This document shows positions 25,381-38,946 of a stretch of DNA of 64,000 nt, one piece after another (the first letter of the stretch is position 1; every line of letters begins with the position of its first letter). Source of the stretch: the human T2T-CHM13v2.0 reference genome, Homo sapiens. A model generated the notes under the pieces. It searched no databases. It was given only the letters and a program-made list of their open reading frames with translations, and was not told where the DNA came from. The position numbers and the translations under genes are program-made. The stretch lies in NCBI RefSeq assembly GCF_009914755.1, contig NC_060939.1; one strand, 5' to 3'.

Positions 25381-27789
25381 AAGTATTCAGGCTTCTAAGA
25401 CACTAACCTTCCAATAAGGGGTTAAAGGGGAAAGTGATAGAGCCTCAGGGAGGGAAGGAACTTAGAGTACTGGATTTGGCTTCAGAAATCCTGGTTCTAT
25501 TGCCAGTATGGTTTCTAAATTGCTTTGCAACTTTGGACCAGTTTCTTACTTCACATGGCCCTCAGTTGCCTTATCTGTGAAAGGCACACACAGGACTCGA
25601 TGCTTTAAGTCCCTGTGTAGGATTTTTAAAAGCCCATTTATGTACACCTTTATCACTTTCTTTACCCACCCCCCCACCCCCTTCCTGAGGTCACTTTACT
25701 ACACAACTGCAGAGGATGCTGTTTACATTGTAGTTGATGTAAATCATGTAGCGCACAGCCGGTACAGCTGTACGTGGCGGCCCTGCCCACACTGATTCTG
25801 GCTTCAGGCCATTTCAACTGGAGCTGAATTGGACAGTGAGTCCCTCCCTTTCCTGGCATACTGACCATCTCAAAGAGCTCAGACAGTTTGGTTTTGGTTT
25901 TCCAACTCCTAAGCTTGTCTCCTGCTTGTCATGGGTGTGTGGATCAAGAGCCCTGTGCATGTGGGATGAGCCCCAGCCCAGAGAGTGTTTGGGCAAAATA
26001 AGAGCAAGACAAGGCTCAGGATATGCAATTTGTGGCAGGGCTTTCCCTCAGACGAGAGGAAGTAGGGTGAAGAGGACTCAGAGAACTACTGGGCCAGTCT
26101 GCCCTGCTCTTTGAATGCAAACTAAAAAAAGGAATTGTGGGGGCCCTTCCCTTCTAAGCCTGCAGGGCCCGCCCTCCAGTGGATATACCCACACCCATCT
26201 GAAAAGTTCTCTGGCTGCATGGAATTTAACATAGATCCACCAGATGCCATTGTCTAGGCTTGGTGGGGATGGCGGACTTCGGGGAGTGGAAGTGTTTTTG
26301 TTCTCTGAGGGTTATGCAGAGGTCTTTTTGGTTTTCAGTACAGGCCAATTTTTCATGGTTGCAAAACGATCTCAAATGTCTACTGCTACTTTTAGGTCCT
26401 TAAAGGAGTCGAGGGCTCATGACTCCATCTGCCTTTGCTAGAAAATGAAGGACTACCATGCAAAGTGGTGAGCCCCCATCACTGGAGGGATGCAAGCCTA
26501 GGGTGGCCATTTGTTTGGGATGTTCAGGCTCTGTTAAGGGCCCTCCCAGGCAGACCCTTGGTGCTGAGGCCTCTCAGAGAACCCCTGAGGCCCAGGACCC
26601 CTCATGAACCTGTGGATGAGGAAGGGCCAACCCCGTACTGAGTGTACCCATTGTTTGGAAATAGAGTCCCTGTTGTCAACTTCTTTCTCCTGTTACATCT
26701 GGGTTTACAATCAGGATTGAGGTTCTGGCTCAGGAAATGTTCATGGCAGCATGGAAGCATAGCCCCTAAAGGGCTTTTAGAAACATGAAGGCCAAACATT
26801 TATTTTAGAAGAGATCGAATGGAAGTCTTGAGAGGTTTGGATTCTGGCTCTCTTGTTTAGCAGCAGATGTATGACCTTGGGCAAGACACTTGACCTCTCA
26901 GAATTGCAGTCTCTCGAGTCAGACTGCCTGGCTTCAAATGCCAGGCTGTGACTTTATCATCCGGGTGATCTTGGCTAAGTTACTTAACTTCTATGTTAGC
27001 TAGTATTACTGTTGCCATTAAGTGTCGAGACCAGTGTTGAAACCTTATGTCAGTGGAACAGGCTCCTAATATGGACTTTGTTAGGCTCAGACTCAGTCTC
27101 TCCACCTGTGCAATGGGTTTCATGTCATCTCCCAAGCCACCAGGACAGATTCTGGCTTGGTGGTTCCCAGGGATTGGACTGTAATCTGGGGTCTATGTTC
27201 AGCTCCCACCATCTTTTCTGGACACTCCCAGCTCCTTCTTGGGTGCTAAACAACATGGCCACATTCTGTGGCATATAGATGATGTCTGAATCACTACCCT
27301 TTTGTGGGAAATGAGGCATTTAAAATTTCTGCTGCATGCTCCCTGCCCCCTTGTTTCCTAGGAAGTCCCATTATATAACTAGGTTTTCACTGTGTAAAAA
27401 CAAGGCCATTCCCCTGTCTCCTTGTGTCATCTCAGAGTCATAGTAAATAGTGATGAATAGCATGGGGCCAGCTGGGCTGACCTGGACTGCCTGCTGTGAG
27501 CCAATTTACTCCTTTCTAAGGTTCCCCTCCCTTCCAGAGCCCTTCCTCCCTTCAGCAACCTTCCTCGCTCTGCCCATTTGTAAGCGATGCTCAATGGCCA
27601 CCAACCTCTTCTTGTCTGGAAAGAAAGCCTTTGATAACAAGTGGACAGGGAAAAGTCAGGACTGAATGTATACCTACCTAGTAGCCTGGGGTCGTAAGGA
27701 GGAGGATTGGCTTATCTAAAAGGAGTGATTGATTAGTAAATGGGATTTCTAGCAACGGTGGCAGGCGGGTGGGGAGATTTTAACTGATT

Positions 27790-28450
27790 GATTGATTCAT
27801 TCTTGAACTATTTATCACTTGTGTACTCTGGCCAAGCACTGTTCTGGGCCCTGGGATGCGTAAGTAAACTCAACAGACAAAAATCTTTGCTCTCAGGATT
27901 ACATTCCATCGGAGCAGGCAATATACAACATGAATAAATAAAACAGGTAATAATGTGAGATAATATTAAAAGCCTCGGAGAGACTAAAGCAGGGAAGGGG
28001 GATAGGAGGGGAGTTTATGCATGTGAATGCATGCAGGGGGGTTGAATTTTAGGTAGGAGCCCGAGGCAAGGCCTCAATGGGAGAAGCATGTTGGAGTAAA
28101 GACCTGCAGGAAGTGAGAGAGGTTCTTGGGGAAGAGCATTCGAAGCAGAAGAAACAGCAAATGCAAAGTCCAAGGTGCCTGATGTGTTTGAAGAACAGCC
28201 CGGAGGCCCCAGGGGTGGAGCGGAGTGAGCCAGTGGGGAAGGCACAGAGGAGGAAGTCAGAAATGCAGGAGAGCCAGATCACACGGGACCTCTTACTCAG
28301 AGTAAGCGGGGAGCCCTGGAGGGTTTGGAGCGGAGCAGGGACATGACATGATGTGACCTACATTCTGGTGGCAGTCCTCTGGCTGCTGGGTGGGAGAGCC
28401 TCAAGGTACAAGGGCGGATGCAAGGAGGCCAGTGAGGGGGCTGTGGCCAC
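27790..28450 (-). mobile_element. L2 3' fragment
   Basis: Begins ATTCATTC...CAAGCACTGTTCTGGGCCCTGGGAT, the reverse-orientation L2 end. Confidence 0.62.
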
Positions 28451-29987
28451 AGGCCATGGGAGCTTTTCTGTCCCCTGACCCCTCGTGTAACCTGCCTTCT
28501 GGTCTTCCTCTTTTGGGCTGAGCAGAGTGGGGAAGATAGATGGGAGATCAGAGCCTTCACACAAAGGTGATGTGGGGCCAGCCTGGGTGGGGGGTGGGGG
28601 TGAGGGGCTGGGTTTCAGATGGGCTAGAATGCAGACAGATCTACGCTGAAAAGAGAGGACATTATGTAGCCCAGAAATATGTACAATTATTATTACGTGT
28701 TTATTAAAATTTTTTTAGAAGAGAGTTAAGAGCGGTGATACTCTCAGTGGCAACCGGGACATGTTCAGGACGATGGTAGGGGCTGCTGGCAAGCCTGCCG
28801 GTGCCTTTGCCCCTGGCTGGCTTCACCATCAGCAGCAAGCACATTCCACAGCTGATGTTTGGCTTGTGGTCTGGCCTGGCCCTCTGGTTGGTTTCTTCTG
28901 TTCTAAAAGGCTTTTAAAGTCCGAATTTGAATTCTCTTTAAGTTTGGGGCATGAATCACTGCTTCTGGGCCTGAAAAGGGGTGGAGGGATAGAGGCTCTG
29001 TGCCGTGGGGCGCTCCCTCTCACTCAGGCCCGCACCACTGAGGCACGTCTGTGTGAAAGCTCCCAGTCAAACCACTCCAAGTCCGACTACTCACTTGCAC
29101 GCTCCCTAGCAACATTCTCCACTGCCAGAGGGCCACCTCCACCTGCCCACGAGCACTGCAAAGTCAACGTTCAGGCCTGACTCAACTTCCCCTGTCAAAC
29201 CTCTCATCCTCTCATGCCTCTCTTCAGGTTGGTGACACCGTCCTTGGTCTCCCAGACACCTTTCCTTCTCTGGTGACCAGGCCTTGTTAAATTCTATCCC
29301 CCTGGGTTCACTCCTTTTGCATCTCACCACCTCATTTCACTCTGGTGTCCCCTTGCTGGGTCGCTGCAGTAGCCATCTTATCATTCTACCTGCTCCCCAT
29401 CGTAGCCCTGCTGTATCCAGCCTCCCCCTCCCACCTGAGGAAGCTCCTCCAAGCACAGATAGAACATGTCCCTGCTCTCCCTCAAAAACCTTCCATGGCT
29501 CCCATCTGCTAAATCCAAGTGCCTTAGTTGGCTTTCGGTTTCCTCTCAGAGGCCTCAGCCCACTGTTCTGTTCTTGCCATTCCTCACAGCACACACTCCG
29601 GCATCCTGCCCACCAAACCTCAGGCAGTTTACCCAGGTGAACTCTCTCCCTAACCCTCTTGCTGCCAGACCCAGTCCTTCTTGCATTTACAAATAATCTC
29701 TCTCCCACCTCTCAAATCCCAGAGTCCTTTATCTGTAGCTGGCTCACAGTCATTACTTCCTCCCTTGCATTGTAGTTATTTATCCAAAAATCTCTCTCCT
29801 GCTAAACCACAAGCTCCTTGAAAGGCAGGAGTTATCTCTTCTCATCTTTTATCCCCCAGAGCATCTCCCAGGGCCTGATTCCAAAGGCTATTGTGCTATT
29901 ACCTCCTGGAGTGCATGTGCAAAGAAATTGAAGACATCTACCCTGCCCTTAAATAGCTTTCCATTTACCTGGACAGAGAGTTCTTTG

Positions 29988-30600
29988 GTTCATTCAACAC
30001 ATTTTAACTGAGCACCTGCTATGTCTGGCACTGTGCAAGACCCTGGGATACAGTGGCTAATTACAGATATGGTCCCTGTTCTCCTGGTGCTCCCTTTTCA
30101 GTAGGGGAGATGTCCAGGCAACTGGAATGCTGTATGGCGGGGGAAGTACAGGACACCTTGGAATCACACAAGTGGGGCCCCACCTGACTGATTGAGGAGG
30201 TCAGGGGAGGTTTTCAGGAGGAAGTGGCAAGCAGAGACCTGAAGAATAAGTTGGGGGCAGCCAGGAGAAATGAGGCAGAGGGTAGAATCAGACATAGGCA
30301 ACAACAGGAGTGAAGGCCAGGGACAGCTCAGTGTGTTTAAGAAACTAAGAAGCTCAGTCTCATTGGGGCTGCTGTTGGCGTGTGCAGGTGCCCAAACGTA
30401 TGGCTCTGTTAGAGGTGAGTCCTGAATGCAGGCCAGGGCTGGCCATTCCTACCTGGTCTGGTTGGCTCTGTCAAAGAGTCTGGACTCAACCCAATGGTAG
30501 TAGAGAGCTACTAAGGATTTAAGGAGGAAAGTAAGACAACTCTGTTTGTTTTTGAGCCTCACTTTGACGGCTGTGGAGAAAGCTCTGGATGAATGGGGGC
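29988..30600 (-). mobile_element. L2 3' fragment
   Basis: TTCATTCAACACATTTTAACTGAGCACCTGCTATGTCTGGCACTGTG... Confidence 0.62.
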
Positions 30601-32092
30601 AAGAGGGACAATGAAACCTGAGCTGGGGACCTCAGGGAGGTCCTAGGTGTCCCCCTGCTTGTCCCACCCCGCAGGCCGGCCTCCTCCTTCTTGTTGATGG
30701 AGTATTCCTTCCTCACCCAGCCTGGGCTTGGCGTTGTCGGTGTCCCATCCTGAGTCAGGTGCTTCCTTCACCTGAACCCTCACTTCAATTTCAGCAGGGC
30801 CCAAGATCACAGGGTTGGAATGACCCTAATGGACTTCGACTAACCCCTGCCAACATCTCTGAGAAACTCAGAGAACCCCCCGCCCCAGTGCCGGTGCATC
30901 TGTCTGTGGACAGCTCTGACTGGCATCCTCAGCCAAATCAATTTATCTATAGCTCCTCTTTGGTTTTTCTGGTCTCCCCCTTGGGGCCACACAGGGATCA
31001 AGTAGCTTATGCCTTGTAGGGGACATAGAGAGTATCACCAATGAATCACTCCACACCTACCAGCTCCAATCTGCAAAGTCCACCTTGCACTCAGCTTCTC
31101 AAACTCTCAAACTGTGTCTCCAGCCCAACCCAGCTGTGAATCCTGTGGCACTGCAGGCTGGGCAGTTCCAGAAGGACTGAGAGTCAGGAGAACTGGTTAA
31201 ATCTTGGCTTTACCACTGGTGTTGTGTGACCCTAGGCAAGTCATTTTCCTTCCCTGGAGAGTGTTTGGTTTTTTTTGCTTGACTGGGGCTGGGTTTACAT
31301 TATACCAGTGATCCTCCATTTTGGATGCCCGTTAGAATTATTGGACAGCTTCAAAAAATGTCCCTGCTGGGCCCCAATGTGGAGAGTGATGATGTGTTCT
31401 GGGGTGGGGTCTGCATGACAGTTTTCTTCTACATCATCATTCTCACCCTCACCCAGGATGGAGGACCACTGGATCTGCTGGTCCCTGCCTTCCCTCCTAG
31501 TGCTGACCCTCTACAATTCCATGCCAGAATGAGATGCGAAGCCCATGTGGGCAGGTGAACAGGAGTCACCCCTTATTTAGAAGTGCTGACCCTGGAGGAC
31601 TATGCCAATACAAATACTAGGGGCTGCCGAAAGGCCAGGAATTTTAAGTCCCAGCTTCTCAAGTCTGCCAAGGTGGAAGCTCCAGAGCCCAATGTTGAAG
31701 ATGCAGAGATCCCCTAAAAAGGTTCCCAAAGCAGTCTTGAGGCAATAACTGGAGACAGAAGTATCTTAATTCCATGGCTTAAAAATGACCTCACAGCTCT
31801 GGCGTGTGCCTTTAGAACTGCTCCACAGACACCCCTGCCCTCTGTGTACATCAGTGTTTGGAATGAGCCCTGCAGTCTGTGGGATCTGTGGGGTGCCTTC
31901 TCCATGTTTCTTGAGGCAGAGACCGCGCTTTATCTAATTTGGAATTCCCAGAACTTGGAGGTGCCTGGGGCTTAGTGGGCGCTCAGCACATGCTGGTGAA
32001 ATGGACAGGCCACTTGGTTTTTTATCATCTGTAAAGTGGGATCATGGTGTCTTCCTTGCCAAACAACAGGCCCACGGGGAGAGCCATGTGAG

Positions 32093-32269
32093 CAGGGCCG
32101 GTTTGATGAGCGCTTGGCCTGTACAGTGGCTGAGGGCCTCATGTTCAGAAAGGCCCTGCACTTGGTGAATGCCCTGCTGTGGCCATCTAGAAATTCTTAG
32201 TAATTTTAAAACAAGGGGTCTCACATTTTCATTTTGCACTGGGTCCTTCAGATTAAGTAACTGGTCCTG
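32093..32269 (+). mobile_element. MER45A-like hAT-Tip100 MITE
   Basis: TIR-like ends CAGGGCCGG / CTGGTCCTG and 8-bp TSD-like flanks CATGTGAG / CATGTGTC. Confidence 0.8.
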
Positions 32270-33640
32270 CATGTGTCATATGTGGTTTGAATAAACTCAG
32301 AGAACCCTGTCTACAAACTATTGATGGGACTTTATTATGGCCACCAATCTCTGAACGCAGGGGCTATGCATAGTGCCAGGGAGAGAGCAATTCCAGGAGA
32401 TGGAGAGGGAATGGAGACTGCTTTGTACCCTTCTGCCTGGAGGAGGTGGGGCAAGGGCTTCAGTTTCTCCATCCATCTAATGGACACACCTGTCTCAGCA
32501 GGAACTCTGGCCTCACCTGGCCCGGCCTGACTGACAGAAGGAACATTGGGAGTGCTCTTTGCAGACTATCTAGAGCTACGCCCACTTGCCCATTTCACAA
32601 TTTTTCCATGGCCTTCCTGAGGCCCAGTCCTCTGATCTTCAGGGAAGAAACAGGCCCTGAAAATCCGCAGGGTCAGGATTTCTGGTTGTCTGGCCCAGCT
32701 GAGTGATGCTGCTGGGGGAAGAAAGCTGTCAGCCCCAGCTGCGCAGGCAGGAACCCCTTCTCTGTGTCATCCTGTTTGGAAGCCCGGAGTGCATTGCTAT
32801 AGCAACTTGCCTAATTCACCCCACATGCCACGTGGAAAAACCTCTGCCCGCTTTAGAGCTGCATCACCCAAGCCACAAGCTGGGTTCTTCTATGTTATAG
32901 AACGAGGCTGCCCATCAGCAACAAGGGCTGGGGTAGGGGGTATCTGACCAGTGATGGGGCAGGGGGCTAAGTGGTTGGACTACACCAGGTAGGTCTTCCA
33001 GCCTCACCTATTTCATCTGCTGGCTGGCCCTGGTGCCTGACATCCCACCATTAGCCCTTTATTCCTTGGGCTCAAGGCACAGCCAGTTGAAATGGAAATC
33101 CCTTTGGGTAGAACACATCACGTTGTCATCACTTATTAGTGCGGTTCAGCATGAGTTAACTCATTAGGCCTGAAGCTCAGAGCAGGTTCTGATTAGCGGA
33201 ATGGGAGCAGGCGGGGCAGACAGGAGAAGATCGCCAAACCTTGACCCTGAGAATGGGCTGGAATGACAGCCCCTGGGAAGTCAGTGTTCCAGAGCACTGG
33301 GCACCTGGGGGCAGGTGGCAGAGCCTGGTGGGCCCTGAGCTGGGTGGGGAGAGGGGAGAGGGAGAGACGTTCTCACATAATGAAGCATCATAGGAGGACC
33401 ACTTCTACCGAGTCAGCATCTTGTTGGAGGAGTCACTGTCTAGCTGGGCCTAGAAGCTGGTGCCCCTGTGGGGGTAGCTGTTTGCATACTGATCTCAATT
33501 CCCCAACAATTCCCCAATTCCTCCATTTCTCAGCTGTTGAAGACACCTCCTTTAACAAGGACAACTTACTGTCTTTCTGTGCCCTCAAGTTCCATTTCCT
33601 GAAGAGAGTATGGTGCATGGATTAAAAGCAGTGGCCCTTC

Positions 33641-33921
<281 letters not shown>

Positions 33922-36900
33922 GGCAGTGGCCTGGGGGTCAGACAAATCCCAACAATGCCTCTTACTCTATCGACATGACCTTGGATGAGCCTTTTAACTT
34001 CCTATGTGTAACCTGGAAATGGCAGAATTGTAGCAGTGACTTTGTGCAACTGTAGCAAGGCCTTATTGAGATGTGAGAAAGTGCTTGACACAGTGCCTGA
34101 CATCAATCAAATATTAAATGATGGGAAGAGTAATAATGCTTCTGTTAGCTGAGGGCTTATTGGGTGCCAGACACTGTTCTCAGCACTTGACACAAATGAA
34201 TTACATATGGACATTTAACCTGATTGTTGTCCTATGAAGTTGTTATTTTGCCCATTTTACAGTTGAGAAAACTGAGGCCTGGGGGCTTATCCCAGAGTCA
34301 CCCAGGTAGAAAGGATTTGCATCCGGGCAGTCTAGGTCCTAAGCCCATGCACATGCCGATTATTTCTGCTGCTTGGTGAGTGCTTCAGTGAAGGAGGAAG
34401 TGAGAGGCAGCAGGGAGGGGGTTTGGCCTCACTGACTTTTTCCTCCAGGTGGGATTTCACACGTCGTGTGACTCAGATCTTAAGTATATAGTATGAAAAC
34501 TCTCCATGGAATTTTTTTGCAGCTCACTTATTTTAGATTTACAAGATGACCAGCACCAGTCTCCTCCTCTCCTTCTCCTGTCAGTGGTAACAAACTTAAT
34601 GGGCATTTGACAAAGAATTCACACAGTTAGGATCTGCATGATGGGGTTGTGGAGGGTCGCCCTTGGACCACAGCTCCTATAGAAAGCACTCCATGCTGAA
34701 GATGTGTGGGTGTCTTTGGAGCTCACAGCTGCTTAGGGAAAAGTTCCAAATGGCTATGAATCCTTGGTGGTAGCCTACATACAGTTGGTGGGGAGTGGGT
34801 GGGCCTGGAAGGGGACTTCAGTGATGAGGATCAGCAGAGATACCATTTTTGAACCATATTAGAGGATTTTTAAGGCTCATTTTGTAGCTGACCTTCCCTG
34901 AGTCAGCCAGAGCCCATCACTGCCTGGGGAGGGTTATGATGGATCCTAGAACAATGTTCGACTTTGACCCCCAAAGTAAGCTCTGGAAGCCCATGGTGAG
35001 ACAATAACACCCAAAGTCAGGCATTGTGGAGAAGAAACAGGGGCTTTTAAAATTCCCCAAATTCCCTTCTGCATAGCAAGAGCAAAGCCAGCTCAGCTTA
35101 GAACATATTTTTATCCTAAGTGATAGGAGCTGGGGGTGTTGGTGGAAGGGAGGGAGAATGCAAGGGAAGGTCCCTGCTGTTAGAAGAAGGAAGAGCTCCC
35201 CACTACAGGAGGGTGGAAAAAGAGGTTCAGAGAGGGCAAGGTTGAGAGGTAAGATACTGTCTGAGTTCTTCCAGGGCTCACAGCCCTGTGTGGATGGGCT
35301 GGGAATGGTGGGAAGAGCATGGAGATAGACATCCCCTCTCTGGGGGTCCACTGTGGGGTAGAGATGGGGTCATGGTGAGTAAGCAGAAAAAGAGTGAGAC
35401 TCCAGGGTCTGCTTGTGATATGGAAAGATCCAGAAGCTCCTCAGCTAATGGCAGCTGAGGGGCTTGGCTGTCAAAGTGGGCAATGGGGTGGCAAAGTGAC
35501 AAACTTTCCCTTCTTCCCTGCTCTCCACTGGGAAGGAGAGGCTGGGAGCAAGTCTTGGACCTCTGGAGCCTTTGTACACCTGTGGTGTCTAGCACTGTGC
35601 TTTTCCACAGGTTGCTTTCTGTTGGGTAGGACCCCTACCCACAAGGGCCATGTTGCATGGTATGGGCCTTCTCCTTTTCCACACCACAATACACCCACAT
35701 CAAGAGCATACTGACTTCAAGACAGCCCCGATGGTAAACAAACAAACAAAACAACAACCCTGAGTTCTTATTATGATCAAGAGTTTGGGCCAGGGCTTTG
35801 CGGGAGGGACTAGGAAAGTCTTCACTCATTTGGGGCCCTGGCATGTATGTCTCCTCTGATTCTTCAATGTACTTCCTCTAAACTTCTCTTGAGAACTTGA
35901 GTTTGAAAGTTATATCTCTGTGTCCTTAGATCCTGAATAGTCAATATCTTGAGTGCTACTGCTGCTGCTGATGATGTTGGAGAAGACAACCTCCTTGAGT
36001 GCTTAATACATGCCTGGCACTTTCTAAGCATTAATCTTTGTGATAACTCTAAGTTCTATTATTACCCCCACTTTGTAGGTGAGGAAACTGAGGCACAGAG
36101 CCATGGAGTAACTTGCCAAGAGCACAGAGCCCTAACCGGCAGGGGCTAGGCCAATCCCAGGCAGTGAAACTCCAGGGCCTCCACCCTTACGCTGTGTCTG
36201 ATCTCACTTTGTGTCTTTATGGGGCCTGGCAGATAACAGGTGCTCAGCAAAGATTATGCTTCTAAGAATCATCACCCTTCCTACAGATAGGTTATGACTG
36301 TAAAGCTCTGGTCAATGGATCTCTCTCTTTGGACTTGATTACTTTTTTTTTAGGCTTTCCTGTTAGTTTTGTCTACCCCATCACGCTGTCCAGCCTGCAG
36401 CTGGAGCTCTGGGAGAGTAGATGCTCTGAGGTCTCACCCTCAACTTGGCCTCTGACAGGTTCCCTGCCCAGCCAAACTGCCATCACCAGTAGACAAGCTT
36501 CCTGGTAATCCTCACATTGAATTCATGTGATGCATGGATGAGGTATCAACATCAGTCCTGTCCTGGAGCCTGAGGAGTGAACCCAATGATCCCTGAGACC
36601 CTTCTAGTCTTCAAAGTCCACACTGACCAGAGTGGTTTTAAAATATTCATCATCTTCTTTAACTAGTCTCAGAAAATAATACTCCAAAATATGAACATTC
36701 CCACTTTCAGGCCCATGCACACTCTACACACTTTTCCAGGGCCAGTTCAAATGATATCTCCTCCTCCAGGAAGCCTTCCTTGCTTATCTGGCTGAAATTG
36801 AACTTCTCTTGTTTGAACACCCAGCCCTTGGTTTCCCCAAGCCATTCACTCCCTGGTGCCTCTGTTTAGCTTTCCCTGGCCTTGGCTTATTCTCAGTTAC

Positions 36901-38894
36901 AGGCAGGACCCAGATTGCACACACGCTAGGGCCCCACCCCCAGCTCCTTGCAAGCAGATGTCATTGTTCCAACATTGATTGATATGTTTAATGAATCCCA
37001 TATTTCAAGAATGCAACTGACCAGACATAACTCAGGAGTGGTTTTCGCCATATAAGCGGAGCTCTGAGTCACAAATCCTGTGTCTTCAGAGGTCCTTTAA
37101 TGTCATTCTCTGCCCCCTCCTCCTTGAGTAGCAACAACATTAACAACCATTGATTAAAGCCTACTGTGCACCCAGCCCTGTGTTAAGGGCCTTTCTTACA
37201 GTGCCTTAGTGCATCCTGACAACTTTACAGGACACGGAATTTGTGTCTCCATTCTTCACATAAGGAAACCTGTTGGAAAGGTCGCATAACCAGTCCAAGA
37301 TTGAACAGCTAGCAGGGTGCAGAGCCAGAAGTGGAAGCCAGGTCTGATTCCAAAGCCATTGCTCTTAGCTTCCTGAGGTCCAGGCTGTCCCTAGCCCCTA
37401 AGGCAGCCACTCCTTCCCAAGGTTCTGATGCAGCCACCTATCTGGAGTCACACAGGAGTGCGTCTCTTTTCTTGTGGCTGGATCTCCTAGTGATATGAGG
37501 ACAGTTCCTGGAGAAGATTCTCCCCTCCTGTCTAAACACACCTAAATGGGCTTGGCCTCCTCCCGCAGCTGGCTTCTAGTTGCATATTGGCCTGGTGGCA
37601 GTTCTTCCCCTGCTCTCCCTTCCAAGCCCCCACAACTCAATGTATCAATGATTGTTTTAAACTGTGACTCTAGGATTCCACTAGCCAGAGGCCCTTTCAA
37701 CCATGGGCCCTCTGAGAAGCTCCTCTGTAGGCCGACAGGAGGGTGGACTTGCTTCGCGTGGTACCCGGGGACTAGGGCAAGCGGCTGCGGGATGGGGGTC
37801 TCCACCTGAGCTCCCTGAGGGCACCTCTCCCACTACCACCGCATCTGACCCCCACTACTGGCCCCAGCTCGGGCCTGGAGCCCACGCAGAAGGGGAGGCA
37901 AGGTTGAGCGCCCACACCCGGCCAGTAACCGAGGCGCTGGCCCTTGCCGGAGCACTTGGCCGTCTTCCGCAGAACAGCATCACTGGCGGCCGCCCCGCGT
38001 GGAGGGTGGAGCCGGGGAGCCCGGTGTGGGACGGCCGGGGCCAGGGTACCCTAGGGCGGAGAGCTCAGGGCTGGCTTCCCGCTCCCAGCCGCGCGCCCCT
38101 CGGGCCGGAGGTTCCTGCCGCGCCCCGACACCTGGAGTGCATTAGGCGGCGGCGCGCGTCTAGGCGACGGCGGCTTTCCCCAGATTATTGAATAATTGCA
38201 TAATTCCGAGCGCGGGTTGGGAGGCAATGCCGGGTCCCTACCCCGGGTGTCATGTAACGTTTCGGGGGTCCTGCGCTGCGCGACTGTGTCCCGCCGCTGC
38301 TGGCCGGGCAGACGAGAGCTAGCCCCCGCCTACCGGCCATCGCCCCGGGGCTTTGCTCTGTCTTTGGCCGGAGGCACTCTGCGCAGCCCTCACCCCCACC
38401 CTTCAGCCCTCCGGGGCCGCCGCGCCCGGCTCTCCAAACTTTGAGATGCTTCCCCGGAGCCAGGCAGGAGGGCAGCCAGGGCACACTCTCTTGGCGCTGA
38501 TTCCCTTCCCCAGCCGGGGCCGTGCGCCCTCGGCGCTCCCGGGACACCCGAGTGCCCCTGGCAGCCGTGCGGGAACCCCGGCATGGGCCTTGGAGGCACC
38601 TAAGGCGCCCAGGAGGGCCACCAGATCTGGGAGCTTTTCAACTCAAGCCTCTTCAACTCTTCCCAAACACACCAAAGAGTCCCGGCTTTCAATAGCCTTC
38701 GCACCTCCCTCTTTAGCGAAACTTGACTGAACCGCTAGACTGGGGCCAGTCCCTGGGGGACCCACGTCCCCAAGAGCAGCTGAGGTCTGACCCTGGGAGG
38801 AGCGTCGCGTCCCGATCCTGGCCGCTGGATCCAAGCCCCGAGGGCCCAGGGAGGGACTCCGAGAGGCAAGGGGAGGCAGAGGGTGGGCACCTAC

Positions 38895-38946
38895 CTGGCC
38901 ACAGGCTGAGCGCCCAGGCCACCACCAGGCCCCTGGGCAGGTCCAT
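38895..38946 (-). CDS. ITGA11: Integrin alpha-11, coding part of exon 1 (signal peptide MDLPRGLVVAWALSLWP + first base of Gly)
   Basis: ATG at 38946-38944 in strong Kozak context (GGGCCATGG). Translation matches the integrin alpha-11 N-terminus as I recall it. The 52 coding nt end at donor CAG|GTAGGT (GT at 38894-38893), phase 1, compatible with exon 2. Confidence 0.97.
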
